64,000 bases of DNA, taken from the NCBI GenBank assembly GCA_002633005.1, contig NMRA01000167.1, positions 160,432 through 224,431 of the forward strand. The letters are read 5' to 3'. The notes below the pieces were generated by a model. The model was given only the letters and a program-made list of their open reading frames with translations, had not been told where the DNA came from and searched no databases. The position numbers were made by a program, and so were the translations under genes. Positions 12,949-26,190 of this stretch are shown here, piece by piece; the stretch's first letter is position 1; each line of letters begins with the position of its first letter. The stretch comes from Phoronis australis. Taxonomy: Eukaryota > Animalia > Phoronida.

Positions 12949-13284
12949 TGTTACTTAAATCCGCTGTCACCGGATTTTGTTTTATTTACAAGCTTGATGT
13001 TTAGCAGGCCTGTAGAAAACATTCTTTTTCGTTAGAGACTGTGTTTGTTTGCGGCGATTTTTGTTGACGGCAATTACCAAACCCGGGCCGTTGTACAGTT
13101 ACTTTCAAGCTAGGACCAATATCAGCTTTCAAGCCATAACTTCTGTGCGTCTGTTCTCCGGTATCTGAATTGAGCATCCGGGTATTTAATAATTAACAAT
13201 AAGCCCGTACGTGTGTGCCACTTGTGTTCCAATATCTGCAATGAGACCCGCGGACAAGACCGGCGGTTCGTCAAGTTCATTATT

Positions 13285-13880
13285 AGGGTGGATCCAGGAT
13301 TTTGAGTTGGGGTGGGGGGCAGGGCATAGGAACAACCAGAATCTTGCTGTGACATGCGCGCGTCCAGCCTAAAATGTTGGGGTTGCAGGGGTCTCGAATT
13401 TTTTGTTTGTGGACCTCATTACTCGGTACGGGTAAAAGGCCGGGGTTTGTTCAAGGCCTAGTGTGCACTCGCTTCCGGCCGAGCCTCCTGGGTGCGCGCA
13501 TATGCTAGTCAGCAATTCGCACCCGCGAAGTAACGAATGGTATATGGGAGAATTTTAGGGGGCTGTGGTAGTGGCGGATTTAGGGGGGCCATGGCCCCCC
13601 TAAAATTCTACCTCTGACTAGCACATGCGCGCAACCAAGGGGACTTGGGGGGTGAATAAACATTTCATAGGCCCTGAAACCTTGTTTACCGTTTTTTTGT
13701 TTTTTTATTTTTTTAGTCAACAGGTCCGCAAACCCAGACTTCGAGATCCCTGCAATGCCCACAATTAGGCTGGGCGCGCGCATCTGTCGAAATTCTGGTT
13801 ATTCCTGTGCCCTGGCTCCCTAACTCAAAATCCTGGATCCACCCCTGTATGGCCCCCTTGGCCCCCTAAATCCGCCAATA
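13285..13880. mobile_element. Nested stack of MITEs (two family-F copies, each containing a family-G copy)
   Basis: Family F ends GG(T/C)GGATCCAGGATTTTGAGTT...CCCCTAAATCCGCC; similar elements at about 1135-1552, 28880-29030 and 36132-36287 (reverse). Confidence 0.65.
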
Positions 13881-15512
13881 GTTCGCGACTGGAAATGTGT
13901 GACATAACGTCTTTCGCGATCATATGCACCACGTCTGGCTACAGGGATGAAATGGAGATCGAGTATAACTATGAAAAGGTTTTGTATAACACACTTGATT
14001 TGATTGGCAGGCGATAATTACAGGCGATGAAAAAGGGAAACCAAACTAGCGTTGGAAAAAGTGAAACCTAACAATAGGTTATAACAGTTAGGCCAACAGT
14101 TCCTGCTCAATCTAAAAAATCCAGCATCCGAGGAAAACGCATGATTAGCGTCAGCTACAGATCCTTTAACAAAATGCCGCTAAACTCGAATGCACTAGTC
14201 ATCGTGACCAAAAACCGTAACAATTGCCGGCCGGTCGATCGCTGCGCTATTCATCTATGCAAGTGCTTAGCCACAGGAATAAACCGGTTTGCTGACAGAA
14301 ACCAAATCACAGCTAGAGGCGAAAGATATACTACCACCTATAAAGAAAATAAACTACGTGATAAGTAAATGAGACACAAGAAGCAATGGCAATAATGATG
14401 CACGACATCAACACACGATCTAGGGTTCTGCATGAGGTGGAGTTTACTTGACAACCAGTGGCGTATGATTCCAAGTCCTTGAATTACCCATAGCAAAGAT
14501 CGACTTGAACTTCATTCAGATGCGAAATCCACTCAAACAGGAGTGTGCCGTAGTTGTTGGTATAGTACGCTACGAGTGTTCCAAGCTCGTTGAAAAACCA
14601 TCTTTCTGATTTCGTTTGCAACGAATGTGTGTGGGACTGAAATTTTGGAAAGCGACCCGGCGCTGTGTTTACATTTTCGTACCACCTGAGAGGACCCGTC
14701 TCCCCGATTGTCTAGTAGGAATTGCTTTTAAACATTTATTAGCGTGCGTGTTGGTTGGAAAGATCTGTTCCGTGCCTGCTCGCAGGATTGCGGTGGAAGA
14801 TACTGCCAAACATAACAATTTAGTCACAAACAGGCGGGAGTTAAGGTTGAAATAAATGAAAACGTGCATTTATGCGCAGCTGATTTAAATCGGTTGACCC
14901 GGCGTCCTTGATGTCGGCGTCAGACTCCAGTGCCAATAGGAGCTGAATGAGGCTAATTTGTGTTTTGGTTCATATTTTGTGGTTGGACCATTTGATTTAA
15001 TTTTCTTCTTAACTCTGCGATCGAGTTGCCTAACGTACTAATATTGCACGGCCAATGGAGGTCATTAATTTCTTCAACGGCCGGGAAAATTTACGGCCGT
15101 TTGTTTCATTTCAGTTCGTGACGATTTCGACTTGACTTGAAATTATCAGACGGTCCCAGTTAAGCCAGTATGGCTCAGGCTTGTGTAGCCTCCCAAAGAA
15201 CGGAAAAACTCAGTGGAGTAGGTCTGGTTTGGTGGAAATGTCTAGAACTAAGAGGCGCGGTGGTGATTGCCGCGAATGGTATTCGGTTGGTCTTAGGTGT
15301 TCCGTGTAGCTTCTGCTCTGTTTCATCCACACCTGGAAGTCTCGCTATTCTGAAAGCAGAGTAAGCACAGGTACACTGCAGACAAGTGGGAGATAAAAAA
15401 AATGATTGGGAATGACGCGTTTCAGCCTAAATTTCTGAATTCTAGGTGGCAAGAGCGCTTGGAATCTTGTCTCCATTCTAGGAAAGGGGTAGTCGTGATT
15501 TTGGGAAAAATA

Positions 15513-16498
15513 CATAGGCGAATTTAGGGGGGGCAGGGGGCCCGTCCCCCCCCCCNNNNNNNNNNNNNNNNNNNNNNNNNNNNNNNNNNNNNNNNNNNNN
15601 NNNNNNNNNNNNNNNNNNNNNNNNNNNNNNNNNNNNNGTTTTAGTGTTTGTGGGGGGGGGGGGAGCTCAGATCTAATTTCAAGTGTCAAATTCGGAACAC
15701 GGCGCAATCGGAACTATGGCTAAGTATAGGCGTTCTCCCGCGATATCCCAGGCGACCACCGGCAGTGGCGCTGGGCACAACGACTCCGTTTCCGTCGTCT
15801 GCTCCACTGTGCAATGAAGAAAATGACTTCATTTTTTAAAGAAAATGGAATCTGAGTGATGATGAAAAAACAGAAGCTGCTGGTAAGATGTCAATTTTAA
15901 TCGAAGCCTTAGTGAATCACTCAGAAACTCATAATTCTCTCTTTGTCAAACCTTAACTTAAGACGATTTCCAAAGCATTCGCGTCATTATTGCCAACACA
16001 AAAAACGGATTTGATCTTTTGGGCAATTGAAGACTATTTTAAATACAACAAATTTGTTACGAACTGATTGCACAAAATATAAAACATGTAATAAGCATTA
16101 CAAAAGAAGGAGATTTCGCGTGCAAACGCCTGTGAACCACAAACAAGTAGGTCTCTTAGATCAAGATGTTCGTTAAATCGTGGTGGTGCAGTGATAAAGC
16201 ACGCGCACTTTATCCGCCAGATTGTGACTACGAGTCTGTCTTACTAGCAGTTTTTCCTGTTTGACAATGCGTGCGTGTTTTTTTTTTTTGCCTTTTTTCT
16301 TTGATAATTCTTCGGGAATCAAGGAAAATGCTTGATTTTTAGAGAAAAAAGCAGAAAAATTTCCTGGGCGGGAGGAGGGTTTGCCCCCCTCCCGACCTAC
16401 CTTCATTCGGTGCTATTCGCATCAACAATCGTGCTTTGAGCAAATGTTTACAGATAAAATGTTGGGCTCCCTTTGTGATATCCTAGATCCGCCACTGA
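15513..16498. mobile_element. ~1 kb non-autonomous element with an internal tRNA-like segment
   Basis: Ends match the reverse-orientation copy at about 39437-40337 (GATATCCTAGATCCGCCACT end; GTTTTAGTGTT-polyG); internal part matches 31075-31665. Confidence 0.7.
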
Positions 16499-16748
16499 AA
16501 TAACAAACTCGTATTCTTGGTCACTTTTTGGCAGCTGGGATTTTCCGGGAGACATACCAAGGCAAAAACATGATTTTAGTGGAAAACTCTGCAAGTTATG
16601 CATTTTGCCAGGTGTTTTAAGACAGAAAGGTAGTAAGGACTTATGTTGAGCGAGTTAGGTATTTCTACAACATCAGTCAATCAGATTGTGGTCTGAGCCC
16701 AAATTTCCACCGAAAGAAGTCCATAGTCACTTGCACGTCATCATTGAG

Positions 16749-16756
16749 TGACGTCA
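16749..16756. promoter_or_regulatory. Full CRE palindrome just upstream of predicted start codon
   Basis: TGACGTCA 35 nt before ATG 16791, with CACGTCA immediately upstream. Confidence 0.4.
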
Positions 16757-16790
16757 TCGTATAACAATCGCTCACTGGAAACTTGCCATC

Positions 16791-16833
16791 ATGCCGCTGT
16801 GGAATCCTTTTGCTTGGAGAAAGCACCGCTCAG
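16791..16833 (+). CDS. Uncharacterised large disordered protein, putative exon 1
   Basis: gccatcATG; MPLWNPFAWRKHRS+G|GTttg; phase 1 fits next exon. Confidence 0.5.
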
Positions 16834-17729
16834 GTTTGTTCACGGTGTTATAAACACGTCATTGTTATTCTGACATTAACATGATTGTAAACTTTTAAAA
16901 CCTATGCACCTACATACTGAGGGTAGGCCTACAAGTCCGATGTCGGCCATTGTCTCAAAAAATCTTGGTTCTTGGAAATTTTCATCGTGGACACATAGCA
17001 AATTGTTTGGTTCTGGCAGTCAAAGTTGTAATAACTAAGTGGAAGCTGCAGACAACCATAAAGACACTGCCGCAAATGTAAGAGACACTAGGCCTACTCA
17101 CTAGCCGGCATCGCTGATCAATGCGGCGATCATCAACAAACCAGTCACGAAGACAAAGAAGTTCAAACCCATTGTTACGACCACATTTGTATGGGTGTAA
17201 TATACGAATGTAAAATACCCCCCTATGTCTATCCATTATCAGACCCCCACTGAAAACATGGATTCGCACCAGCCTCTACAAAATGGTGCGTTTGCTACCC
17301 GGGAACTCTCATGTTTAAAATAGCCTTACTACCATGACGACCGTGATAAAAACGCGACCGTTGCTAAGGGTGACATGCTAATGACTACGAAAAACGTGAC
17401 CATGAAATCCATGGTCAGCTCGTATATTTTGATAGCAATTAAATTGCAACCGGGCTTTTTAACGTATACCGTGTAGCAAAGAATCCGGGATACAATGACC
17501 TTAGTGGCCAACATAGGCCTACCAAAATACTCACTTAAAAGTGCTCTTTGCATATCTGTTTGCCGCGGGTGACGTCAATATTCTCTCCAGAGACAATTGG
17601 CACAGTGAACTTTCTGCTAAATATCTATTCCTTGCTCATATGAAGGCTTTTAGTCAAAGACACATTTAATGCTGAATTCGACTCAACAATGTACGCAGTA
17701 TAATCAGAACAAATTGGATTATTTTCCAG

Positions 17730-17816
17730 GTGTTGTTCCTCGCATACAGGACTTCAACAAACGATTTGACAGCCTCAGCAACAAGCAGCGAAACACAAGC
17801 CTTGCTCGAATAAGCA
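17730..17816 (+). CDS. Uncharacterised large disordered protein, exon 2
   Basis: ttttccAG|(G)VVPRIQDFNKRFDSLSNKQRNTSLARIS+A|GTAAGT; phase 1-1. Confidence 0.6.
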
Positions 17817-19607
17817 GTAAGTAAAGAAATAGAGAGGAAGGAAAAGCGAGGGATAGGGTGAAGTGTATGGGGAGGGAGAGAGAGAGGGAAAAGATGAAGT
17901 ACATGAAGAGGGGGAGAGGGAGGGGAGAGGAAAAAACAGTGTTAATTGAAAGTATCCAAGGCATCTACATGAACTCCATGGCAGACTCCCTACATAAACA
18001 TCTTTCTGAAAACTCTATGGGTTCAATATGTTAATTTTATACTATTGTGTCGCGAGGCAGAAACAATCAGTTAACAGAAAGAAATTACTTCATTTTCGTC
18101 GGAGTTTGGCTATACTACTGTCCAGTTTCCCCCAACGAGAATGAAAAAATAGGTCCCAAAAGTTTAGTACCGCGGAAGAAGCAATTTTCAGGCGATCTAC
18201 GTTGGCAGTTGATCAGGTCATGTATAAAATGTCAACATTCAGTGTGTGAAATCACAACGAGAATTGGAAGAAAATAAATCAACGTAACAGGAAAGCAGTT
18301 TCTATCATATTTGATTTTGTGTAACATTCAGAGAATTTACTTCCATTTTATTTCAGATTCTGTTTTCTAATATGGTTTCTAGTATAGTTTACTCTCATAA
18401 TTGAATCGAACATAAAGTGAGCCACAAATTCCTTAAGTACAGCTAGGAGTCTTATAACTATAAAACATCATAGACAGTACAGGATATCTTATCCTAAATT
18501 TATTGAAACTTCAATTGGAGCTCGTCCCCACGTTTCTCGGCATTACGTAGACATTTACCATTTTTTTCTCAAGGTACGTGATCTCGGGAAATGTTCTAAA
18601 TACTATCTCTTCAGTGACAGTATCGTATTTAAGTGTAAATGGTTTGAGTCTAAAAAAAGGTCTCGTACGAGAAGAAAGCGTATGATATCCAAATATTTAT
18701 ACCCTGAGATCGTGTGTACATTGTGCGCTTTCGCCAAGCAAGTTTCACTACTCATAATTCCCCAACTTCTCCCCGCCCCCTTTCGGAAGACTGTCATTTT
18801 TGTTTTCGATACCTTCACACGTAGCTTCCGCAAATTACAATGCTCTACTTTCAAAGGCTAGTGAGGTCACGTGCTTTGCTTGCTCATGGCGCGCGCTATA
18901 CGATGATCACTTGCGGTACCTCGCCAAAATGAGCTTCACTGAACGTAGCATTGGACAACGCCATAGCGCGTATTGGTGCTCACGTCGAGTCATTAATTCA
19001 TTTCAAATGTCGGTAATAAAGTTTTGATAAGTTAAGAATTTTAATTGCTTCCTTGATATTTAGTCTTTCAATTGGATATGAATTTGATTGAGTTATTGTT
19101 TTGCTTTTAGAGAAGCTTGGCGTACAGTTGAACTGCGAGGAGCCTATAAAGGAAATTGTGTTTCGCGGTGAGCATATTTCTAATTTAATCTTCGGCAACG
19201 ACAACAAAACCCTACTGAGTCGAATTCACAGCCAGTTTCTCCGCTAAGGATTATTTAACAAATATGATTCTTCCTCATTAGGTCAGAATTCTCGTGGTTC
19301 GAGATGCCAAACTTTCCTTACAGCCCTCAGTCAGTGAGCTAAAGCGTTAGCAACGCTTTCCGATTTAGCAGACTGTCTTAGGAATTTTCACACTGGCTCC
19401 AAATGTTTAGCTTTGACGTAGGAGTCAATCACGACAGTGCTCATCTTATGTTCAGGCAATATGTCTAACACTTCACAACCACAAAACAACCATTTACTCA
19501 ATAAGGCGTGACCTAGTCCGAGTGATATTACTGTTGAGCTTAAACAACCCTATAAAGTAATGGCAAGTCAAGATGCAGCCGATTTTCAGTTCGACGTTAC
19601 ATTTTAG

Positions 19608-20023
19608 ATGACGAAGTTGAAATCAACCCGCTGCCAGTATCTCCAAGAAGTTTTCTTCAGAACCCAACACTTCATCCTTCTGATAACGGTGCTGGAGCTT
19701 CGGTACGTCCTGTCACGTCATCACCAACGTCACTTGAAAAAGTAATCATTGAAGACATGTTTGAAAAATCAAGGCAGACAAGAAGAGAACGGTCTTTCGT
19801 CAACCATGAAACGCCACTGAATCAACTAAAACTTCAGAAAAGGAAATGTCGTCTTGCAACGACTCGTTTGCGATCTCAGTTATTCTACAAAGGGAATAGA
19901 CTCCAAAAAGCGAAGAAAGACATCATGACATTAACAAGAAAGAATGAAGAACTTGTCGCTATGACACACTCCATATCAAAGGACTGGTGGAAAGCCATAA
20001 CTAAGGATCATCGAGGCAAATCT
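19608..20023 (+). CDS. Uncharacterised large disordered protein, exon 3 (basic coiled-coil-like segment)
   Basis: cattttAG acceptor; open frame DEVEINPLPVSPR...LQKAKKDIMTLTRKNEEL...DHRGKS|GTAAGT; phase 1-0. Confidence 0.7.
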
Positions 20024-20828
20024 GTAAGTGAGGTGACTTGTCTTTTTCTAGTTAAATGTAGTTACCTCAAGTTTTGACTCAAAGTATCAATACTTCATTA
20101 ACACTGGCTCATATATGCGGTGCTAACTTTGTTTCGTTCTCTGAACCCGGGGATCACTAATATTGATAACGTGCCCGCAGGGGTCTACCAAAATTGCTGA
20201 GATTGAACACCCTGTAGCGGGTGCCAGGCCTGCTAATTCTTAGCCCATTTAGCGTGGTATATTTTTCTGGAGGAATACGGCCAGTGCGCCTCTTGCGAGG
20301 CTGAGGACAATGCAGTTGGCCTTTTGCAGTGACGAAATGGAAATTGATGGGCCTATTGTACCCCGCATCGGTCCCGCAAAACTTGCTAAAAAGTACCGCC
20401 TACCCGCAATCTTTGGTACACGCCTTCGGACACCTTATCAATATGAGTGATCCCTCGGGACTCTGAACAACGCTGCTGTGTGTTTTGTATCCATAAGTTC
20501 TTTCCAAATCTCAGCATCAAAGTTTAGGTATCTCAGTTGTCCAGAAAACCAGCGACCTGTGCAGCATTTGAGACTTGTACTCTGTTCTTAGGTTAGCTAT
20601 AAATGCACATCAGAAAAAACAGTCCAGAACTAGTTTTACGCTATTTGTAGATCTTACCGCCTTTTAGCAAATAACATTTCATTTTGTATGAGTTCTCTGT
20701 ACCCATGGGCAATTACGACTTCAGCACATCCGAAAGTTAATTTACTTCTATCCTTAGAAGGGCCATTGGTCGCCATTAACGAGGAGACGTCTTTCGTAGT
20801 AAACATTGGCTACTCTTGATTGTTTTAG

Positions 20829-23170
20829 ATATTGTTGAGAAGCGCCAGTGGTCGAAAACGCTTAGAGAAAATCCTCCGTGACCCCTTGCCCATACTAACA
20901 GACGCTTGCTCAGGTGACAAAACCACACAGATATATTCTTGTCTCTATCGTCACTTGAAATGTGATGGCGATAATGTTAAGAACACTCTCCAAGGAGGTA
21001 CTCAAAATCAAGAGGATGAAACCAAGAAAGAGTATCCTAATGTAGGCGATACCGCGTGCAATTCAATAATGAAGCGAAACACCCCAAGAACTTCCAAGAG
21101 TACCAAACAAGTTAAATTCAACTTGCAGGAGCGCATTTCACACTGGAAAGCGCTGCGAAAGGACAATGGGAAGATGTCAGCGAAAGCAAAAAGTATTTCC
21201 AAACATGAGTGTCCTAAAGATATTCCAAATGCAAATTACACTGTGACAGATCTTGTTAGAGATATGATCAGTAACAACTTCACAAACAATAACAAAAGTC
21301 TAATTCCTTTAAGACAGCACCAAAAGCAGGGTTTTTGTATAAACCAAATAGAGAGGAAGTTCAAACCAGAAGATATAAAGACATATGAGGAAGCTGGTGT
21401 CCAAGTTACTGTGGAAACCAACGACTTCACATGTGGCATCGAAAGTGTGCTCTGGGAAGATGGAGACTTGAATGCATTTCTTTGTGAGGTTCTGACCAAC
21501 GCAGTTATAGCGGTAGAGTGTGAGAGGGCCATAAAGCAACACATGGGTTCCACAACCAATAGCGACAACTGTCGGACAGGCCTTACCACTGGCACAGTGG
21601 ACGGCATTGATGCAAGGTACAGCAAACCTCTTACATCAATTGAAGGTGACAAAGGAAGTAGCAAAAGCACGTCATCGAAACAGCCAAACGAACCAGTTAA
21701 TGAAAAGTCAAGTTCAACGTCTGCGAAAGAAGAGAAAAAAGGCGGTAACAAAGGCAAAAAACACGTGAGCATTGCTGTTAGTGCTCCATTGAAACGTGAA
21801 TGTAATGCGCCTCGAAAAGGCGTTTGTTCTGATACCTTTAGCCAAGACAACCAAGAAGCATGCAACCAAGAAAAGTCTTCCATGGTGACATCAAAAACAA
21901 AGATTAAGGTAGCAACCAAGAAACGCGTTAAAGTAGAATCTATCGATCAGACAACCCAAACCGACAGTGTTTCAAGCGGAAATAACATAAGCAGGCTGGC
22001 TTTAAGACGAAAGCGAAACCTTTGCAAGTCTGGTAAGATTACAGTGTCTGTTCAGACGGAGTCAAAACTACACAGGCATACGAAGGAATGTTGTCTAGCA
22101 AGCAGGCAGTATCTGATGTGTAAAAGCTGTATAAATTCGTGGGTATTCATAGAAAGCTCATACTTCTTGCCCCCAAAACCAAAGCAACCTTCTAACCGCA
22201 CCATTCGATCAACGTCGTCTGCTATGTCAACACAAACCTCTTACTCAAGTTCATCACGAGACACCGGGATGTTGTCAACTCGAAGTGATCCTCGGCTCAC
22301 TCGACTTTTTAAACGCACCTCTCGCATACCTTTGTTATCAAGACCAGGAGCCGTTAAGGAAGCATCGTCGGCTCTCAAAAAGAGGAATAACCCTCCCTCG
22401 GGCAACAGTTACAATAAATCAGGTCACACTGGCAACATCGCAACGGATATGGACAGGACGAAATTTGTTCCTGACATGCATAACCATATAAGCGGAGAAT
22501 CTCCCGAAGCGTTGGAAAAACTAGAGCTTCACAAAGACACGCAAGAGAAGACGATATCTCCTGATGCCGAACAGTCTTTCAATGTGGAAGCCTTAGTGGC
22601 AGATGAAAAAAGTTCATTTAAAGATATCCAAAGACACGAAAGAAGAGAAGAAATTTCTGTAGGTCCCGGAAGTAGACATTATCTCTCGAGCGGTGAAGAC
22701 CAAAGTCAATTAACATCAGAGACAGCAGATAAACCTAGTAGTGCATCGGAGAGCTCATTCTGTAAATCTTCTGTCAGCAGCGAGCCAGTTCAACAGCAAA
22801 GTTTCTTCGACAAATTGTTGTCTAAATTACCTCTTCTGAATTTGTTTGAGCCGCACGGAAGTATTTGTGAAACAAAAGAAAGAGAGGCGTCACCTCCCAG
22901 TCCAAAATTATTAGAGAGAAAGTCTTCTAAGATACCACTCCTGGTTCATCCAAACGCAGTTCCCATCAAGATGCTTCAGCAGGAACACACAGTCTGTTCG
23001 CGCATGCGCAGAAGACCATGTTCCATCCTTGACGCCCTAGAATACACCGACGACTCGTTGCTCCAGGGAATTTGTCGAACAACTCGCCTGCTAGCAAAAT
23101 TTGACTCTGAGCCTGTTATGCCTCCCGATGACGATAGCTTCAGCATATCACCGCTCATGTGTGGCGTTAG
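20829..23170 (+). CDS. Uncharacterised large disordered protein, exon 4 (S/K/T-rich, about 780 codons)
   Basis: ttttAG acceptor in phase 0 opens the 784-aa ORF of the track; donor AG|GTatga in phase 2 just before the in-frame stop. Confidence 0.8.
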
Positions 23171-24170
23171 GTATGATCTATTTTAACTTATTAACATATA
23201 TTAACTTCCGCGAGGTCTCATCAGTGTTTAAAACGAGGCAATACCCTGCAAGTGTTTGATTTATTCATTAAATAGTTTGACAGCAGCCCGTCTTGTAAGC
23301 AGTAGTTATACACGACAGTGTTGTGGAGTGGCAGCTTTTAATCGTACTCTCTCCAACTCTCTGTGTATTCTCAATCCTCCAGAGAACAACTGCCATGTTG
23401 GCACGCGAGTGCGTGGTGACATTTTATGACGTTCTATGTCATTTTATTTCTGCCTGGTCTCAAAATATTGCCATCATTTTATACATTTTTGTCATGTCTG
23501 TTGTTCTCTGAAGGATCGATGAATTTACCAAGAGCTCGAAAGAGTATACATGAAAGCTGGCTAGCTCAGTCAATAACTGCTTTCCAATCGGGTCTTCTAA
23601 CAAAAGCACTCTGCTATTGAAAGTTTCTAAACCGATCAGAGTGACTAGCACGTGATGGCTGTGCTGAAAAACCGCACACCAAGAACAGCAGCTTACGTGT
23701 TATGATACATTATAATCGTGTGGCTAAAGTAATGGTTTTACAGGTATTTCGCTAGGGAGATGTTATATAGTTAGCCAGCCACCTAGCTGTATGATGACTA
23801 TCGTCGAAATATATATACTTAGTATACAACTTTGAACGAAGACTAATATATAGTGTGTCCAAAATACAGTAAAAATAGATACCAGAAAGTCTCTGGTTGT
23901 TAATGACGTTTTTTTGTACTTCTCATTCGTCTAGTGCTTCCTTTACTGAAATTAAACATATCTGGCCCCAGGAATCAAAAAATAAATATTAAATTTGTTT
24001 TTACGGCCTTGGCACGCCAGGTTTTTTGAGAAAATCATGGATATCCGTGCTAAAGTTGGCGTTTAGCTCTTAAACATGAAAAAATTTCTTCAAACATGTA
24101 CGAGTCAGCCGTGACTATTTTTCCACGTGTATGAAGAGCAAAATAAATGAATTAATTGTATTTTTTGCAG

Positions 24171-24246
24171 AGAGAATGACCTCATGGACGACAAAGAACT
24201 GATGGACGACTTTGAAATTATGGAACAGATTATAACCGGTCACTGA
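24171..24246 (+). CDS. Uncharacterised large disordered protein, last exon
   Basis: ttttttgcAG|(R)ENDLMDDKELMDDFEIMEQIITGH-stop; phase 2 matches donor at 23170. Confidence 0.65.
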
Positions 24247-26190
24247 CCATCAGCTGAACGTGTGACGTCATTCAGCTGTCGTCTGCCTGATGTCGTTGAG
24301 TGGCAAACGACGAAATAGTTCCTCTCTTCTCTTTGGAAAAAAAACCAAGAAATCAAGAAGAATCGTTGTATTTCGCATTTGCAGTTTTCACAATGAAATG
24401 TAATTATTTTGACAACGCCTACTCGAGATTAAACGTGACGTTCGCTACAAAACTTCTTCCGGTTTGAGTCGTTGTGATCTGATGGTTAATAATAAGATTG
24501 ATGTAGGCTTACTAAGTCATAGCCCAAATATAGCATAATCAAAAAGCGAACGACAATAACCTCTCTTGAGCTGTCAAAATAGTTGTGGCATGGCTTGTAC
24601 GTTCTAGTGTGACAAGCATGATTGGTTACGCTTCTCTATCTCTCTCCTCCCTCCCTCTCTTTTTCCTTCCACCCTCCTCTCTATGTCTCTCTCCATAGTG
24701 AAGCATTCCGGCTGTCTTTTGTCTCGCAGGTCAATGGGGGATTTAAATTATTTTCGCCACCATGGCCGCTAGGAGCACGGTACCTTCGTCCCGACTTCCA
24801 GCGCGCAATCTACTTCGTGCAAGCCGAGAATATAAGCAAGTTCTTTCTTGCCTGCATTGACTTCCTTATTTGGAAAGCCACGTGAGTTGACTACCCTGAT
24901 TGGTGTCGTCACTTTTACATTGAAAAAGACTGTAGAGAATACATGATGAAAAAACTTTGCTTGTTCTAAGTATCCTATAAGCAGTATAATATGATGTATC
25001 GTCTGTAGGTCAAGGTTCATATTAGTGCTGCGCATTTACACCAGCCTCGTGTAACTGAATAGTGAACTTGTAAAGGGGTTCTTGTTCGAGTGGACATCAA
25101 CGTGGAATTAAAAGTACATGACCAGAGCGAACAGGGGATGAGTCTGTCCTTGGGAGGTACAAACTTCATTACAAAAATCAATGACGTCATTTTTATGACC
25201 AAGCATGAGCACAAAAGATCAGAGCTATCTATAGTCTCTGGTACTAGTCCGTGAGCGTGATCGTTCCGTTCGCCATCTTCCCGTGTATTTGCTGAGCAAT
25301 GTGATTGCTTATATCATTGTTTTTTCGCAAATTACATGTCGATATCTAAATGACAGTTGTCGAAAGCTGGTGTAGCGAATTGAGCACGAATTTTGAAAAA
25401 AAAATAGTCTTTTAAGGATTTATTTACGGTTGAGTCTTGGTGTTTCTAACAATTACCTCCGTCGGCCGCGTCGGGTCTTTTGCATCCGTATCGATCGTTT
25501 GCGAAGAAAATTACAGAAATGAGTGAAATTTTTAAACTTCTCAACAGCTACCTGAAAAACATAAAACAAATCGAGTGAATCCGGCCATCATTTGGTTGTT
25601 GCTAAATTAAGTTCATAAGAACACTAACAAAGAACAATCCTGTTGTATGATTTGTAAACACGTCGCTAGAACATGGGATGCAGAATAGATCTTTGATGCG
25701 TTTCATTGGCTAGTATTTTCAACTTCTTTTGGAATTGTTCGCTGGGATGCGCCGAAGGAAGTTACGGACCTCGACATAATACGTGATTCAACGATGTTTC
25801 CGCCAATTCTTGAACGATCAACTTACGTTGTGGTGGAAGAACATAATTTATTCATGTTCGACATACATGCATTACATGTATGTCTCGATAATGATAGGTG
25901 CGTTGCAAGCTCCGTTTCCAGAGATAAAAAGGATACCGTATATAAGCGAGATAAAGGTCATTTATTATGACTTATAACGGTACAGAATGAGTGCAAAATA
26001 ATAAATAAACATGAAATAATAATCTCTGGAAAGATGGGCAATAAAAAGCGCAGCACTCAGGTAAGAGGAACGACCGAGAAAAAAAGGGGAGGGTGGTAGT
26101 GGGTGGGAAAAAATGAAGATAGCTTAAACTCAAACGTAACTGCTCCTAAAGCGAAGGAATGTAATTACTGAGAACAAAGGTTAACCCTAA

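Noticed and set aside
21236-21919. 227-aa antisense ORF
   Set aside because: It is the shadow of the large sense exon and has no independent motifs or splice signals.
23171-23186. ORF-track C-terminus YDLF-stop of the 784-aa ORF
   Set aside because: A phase-matched donor at 23170 and a terminal exon at 24171 explain the end better, although an intron-retained form cannot be excluded.
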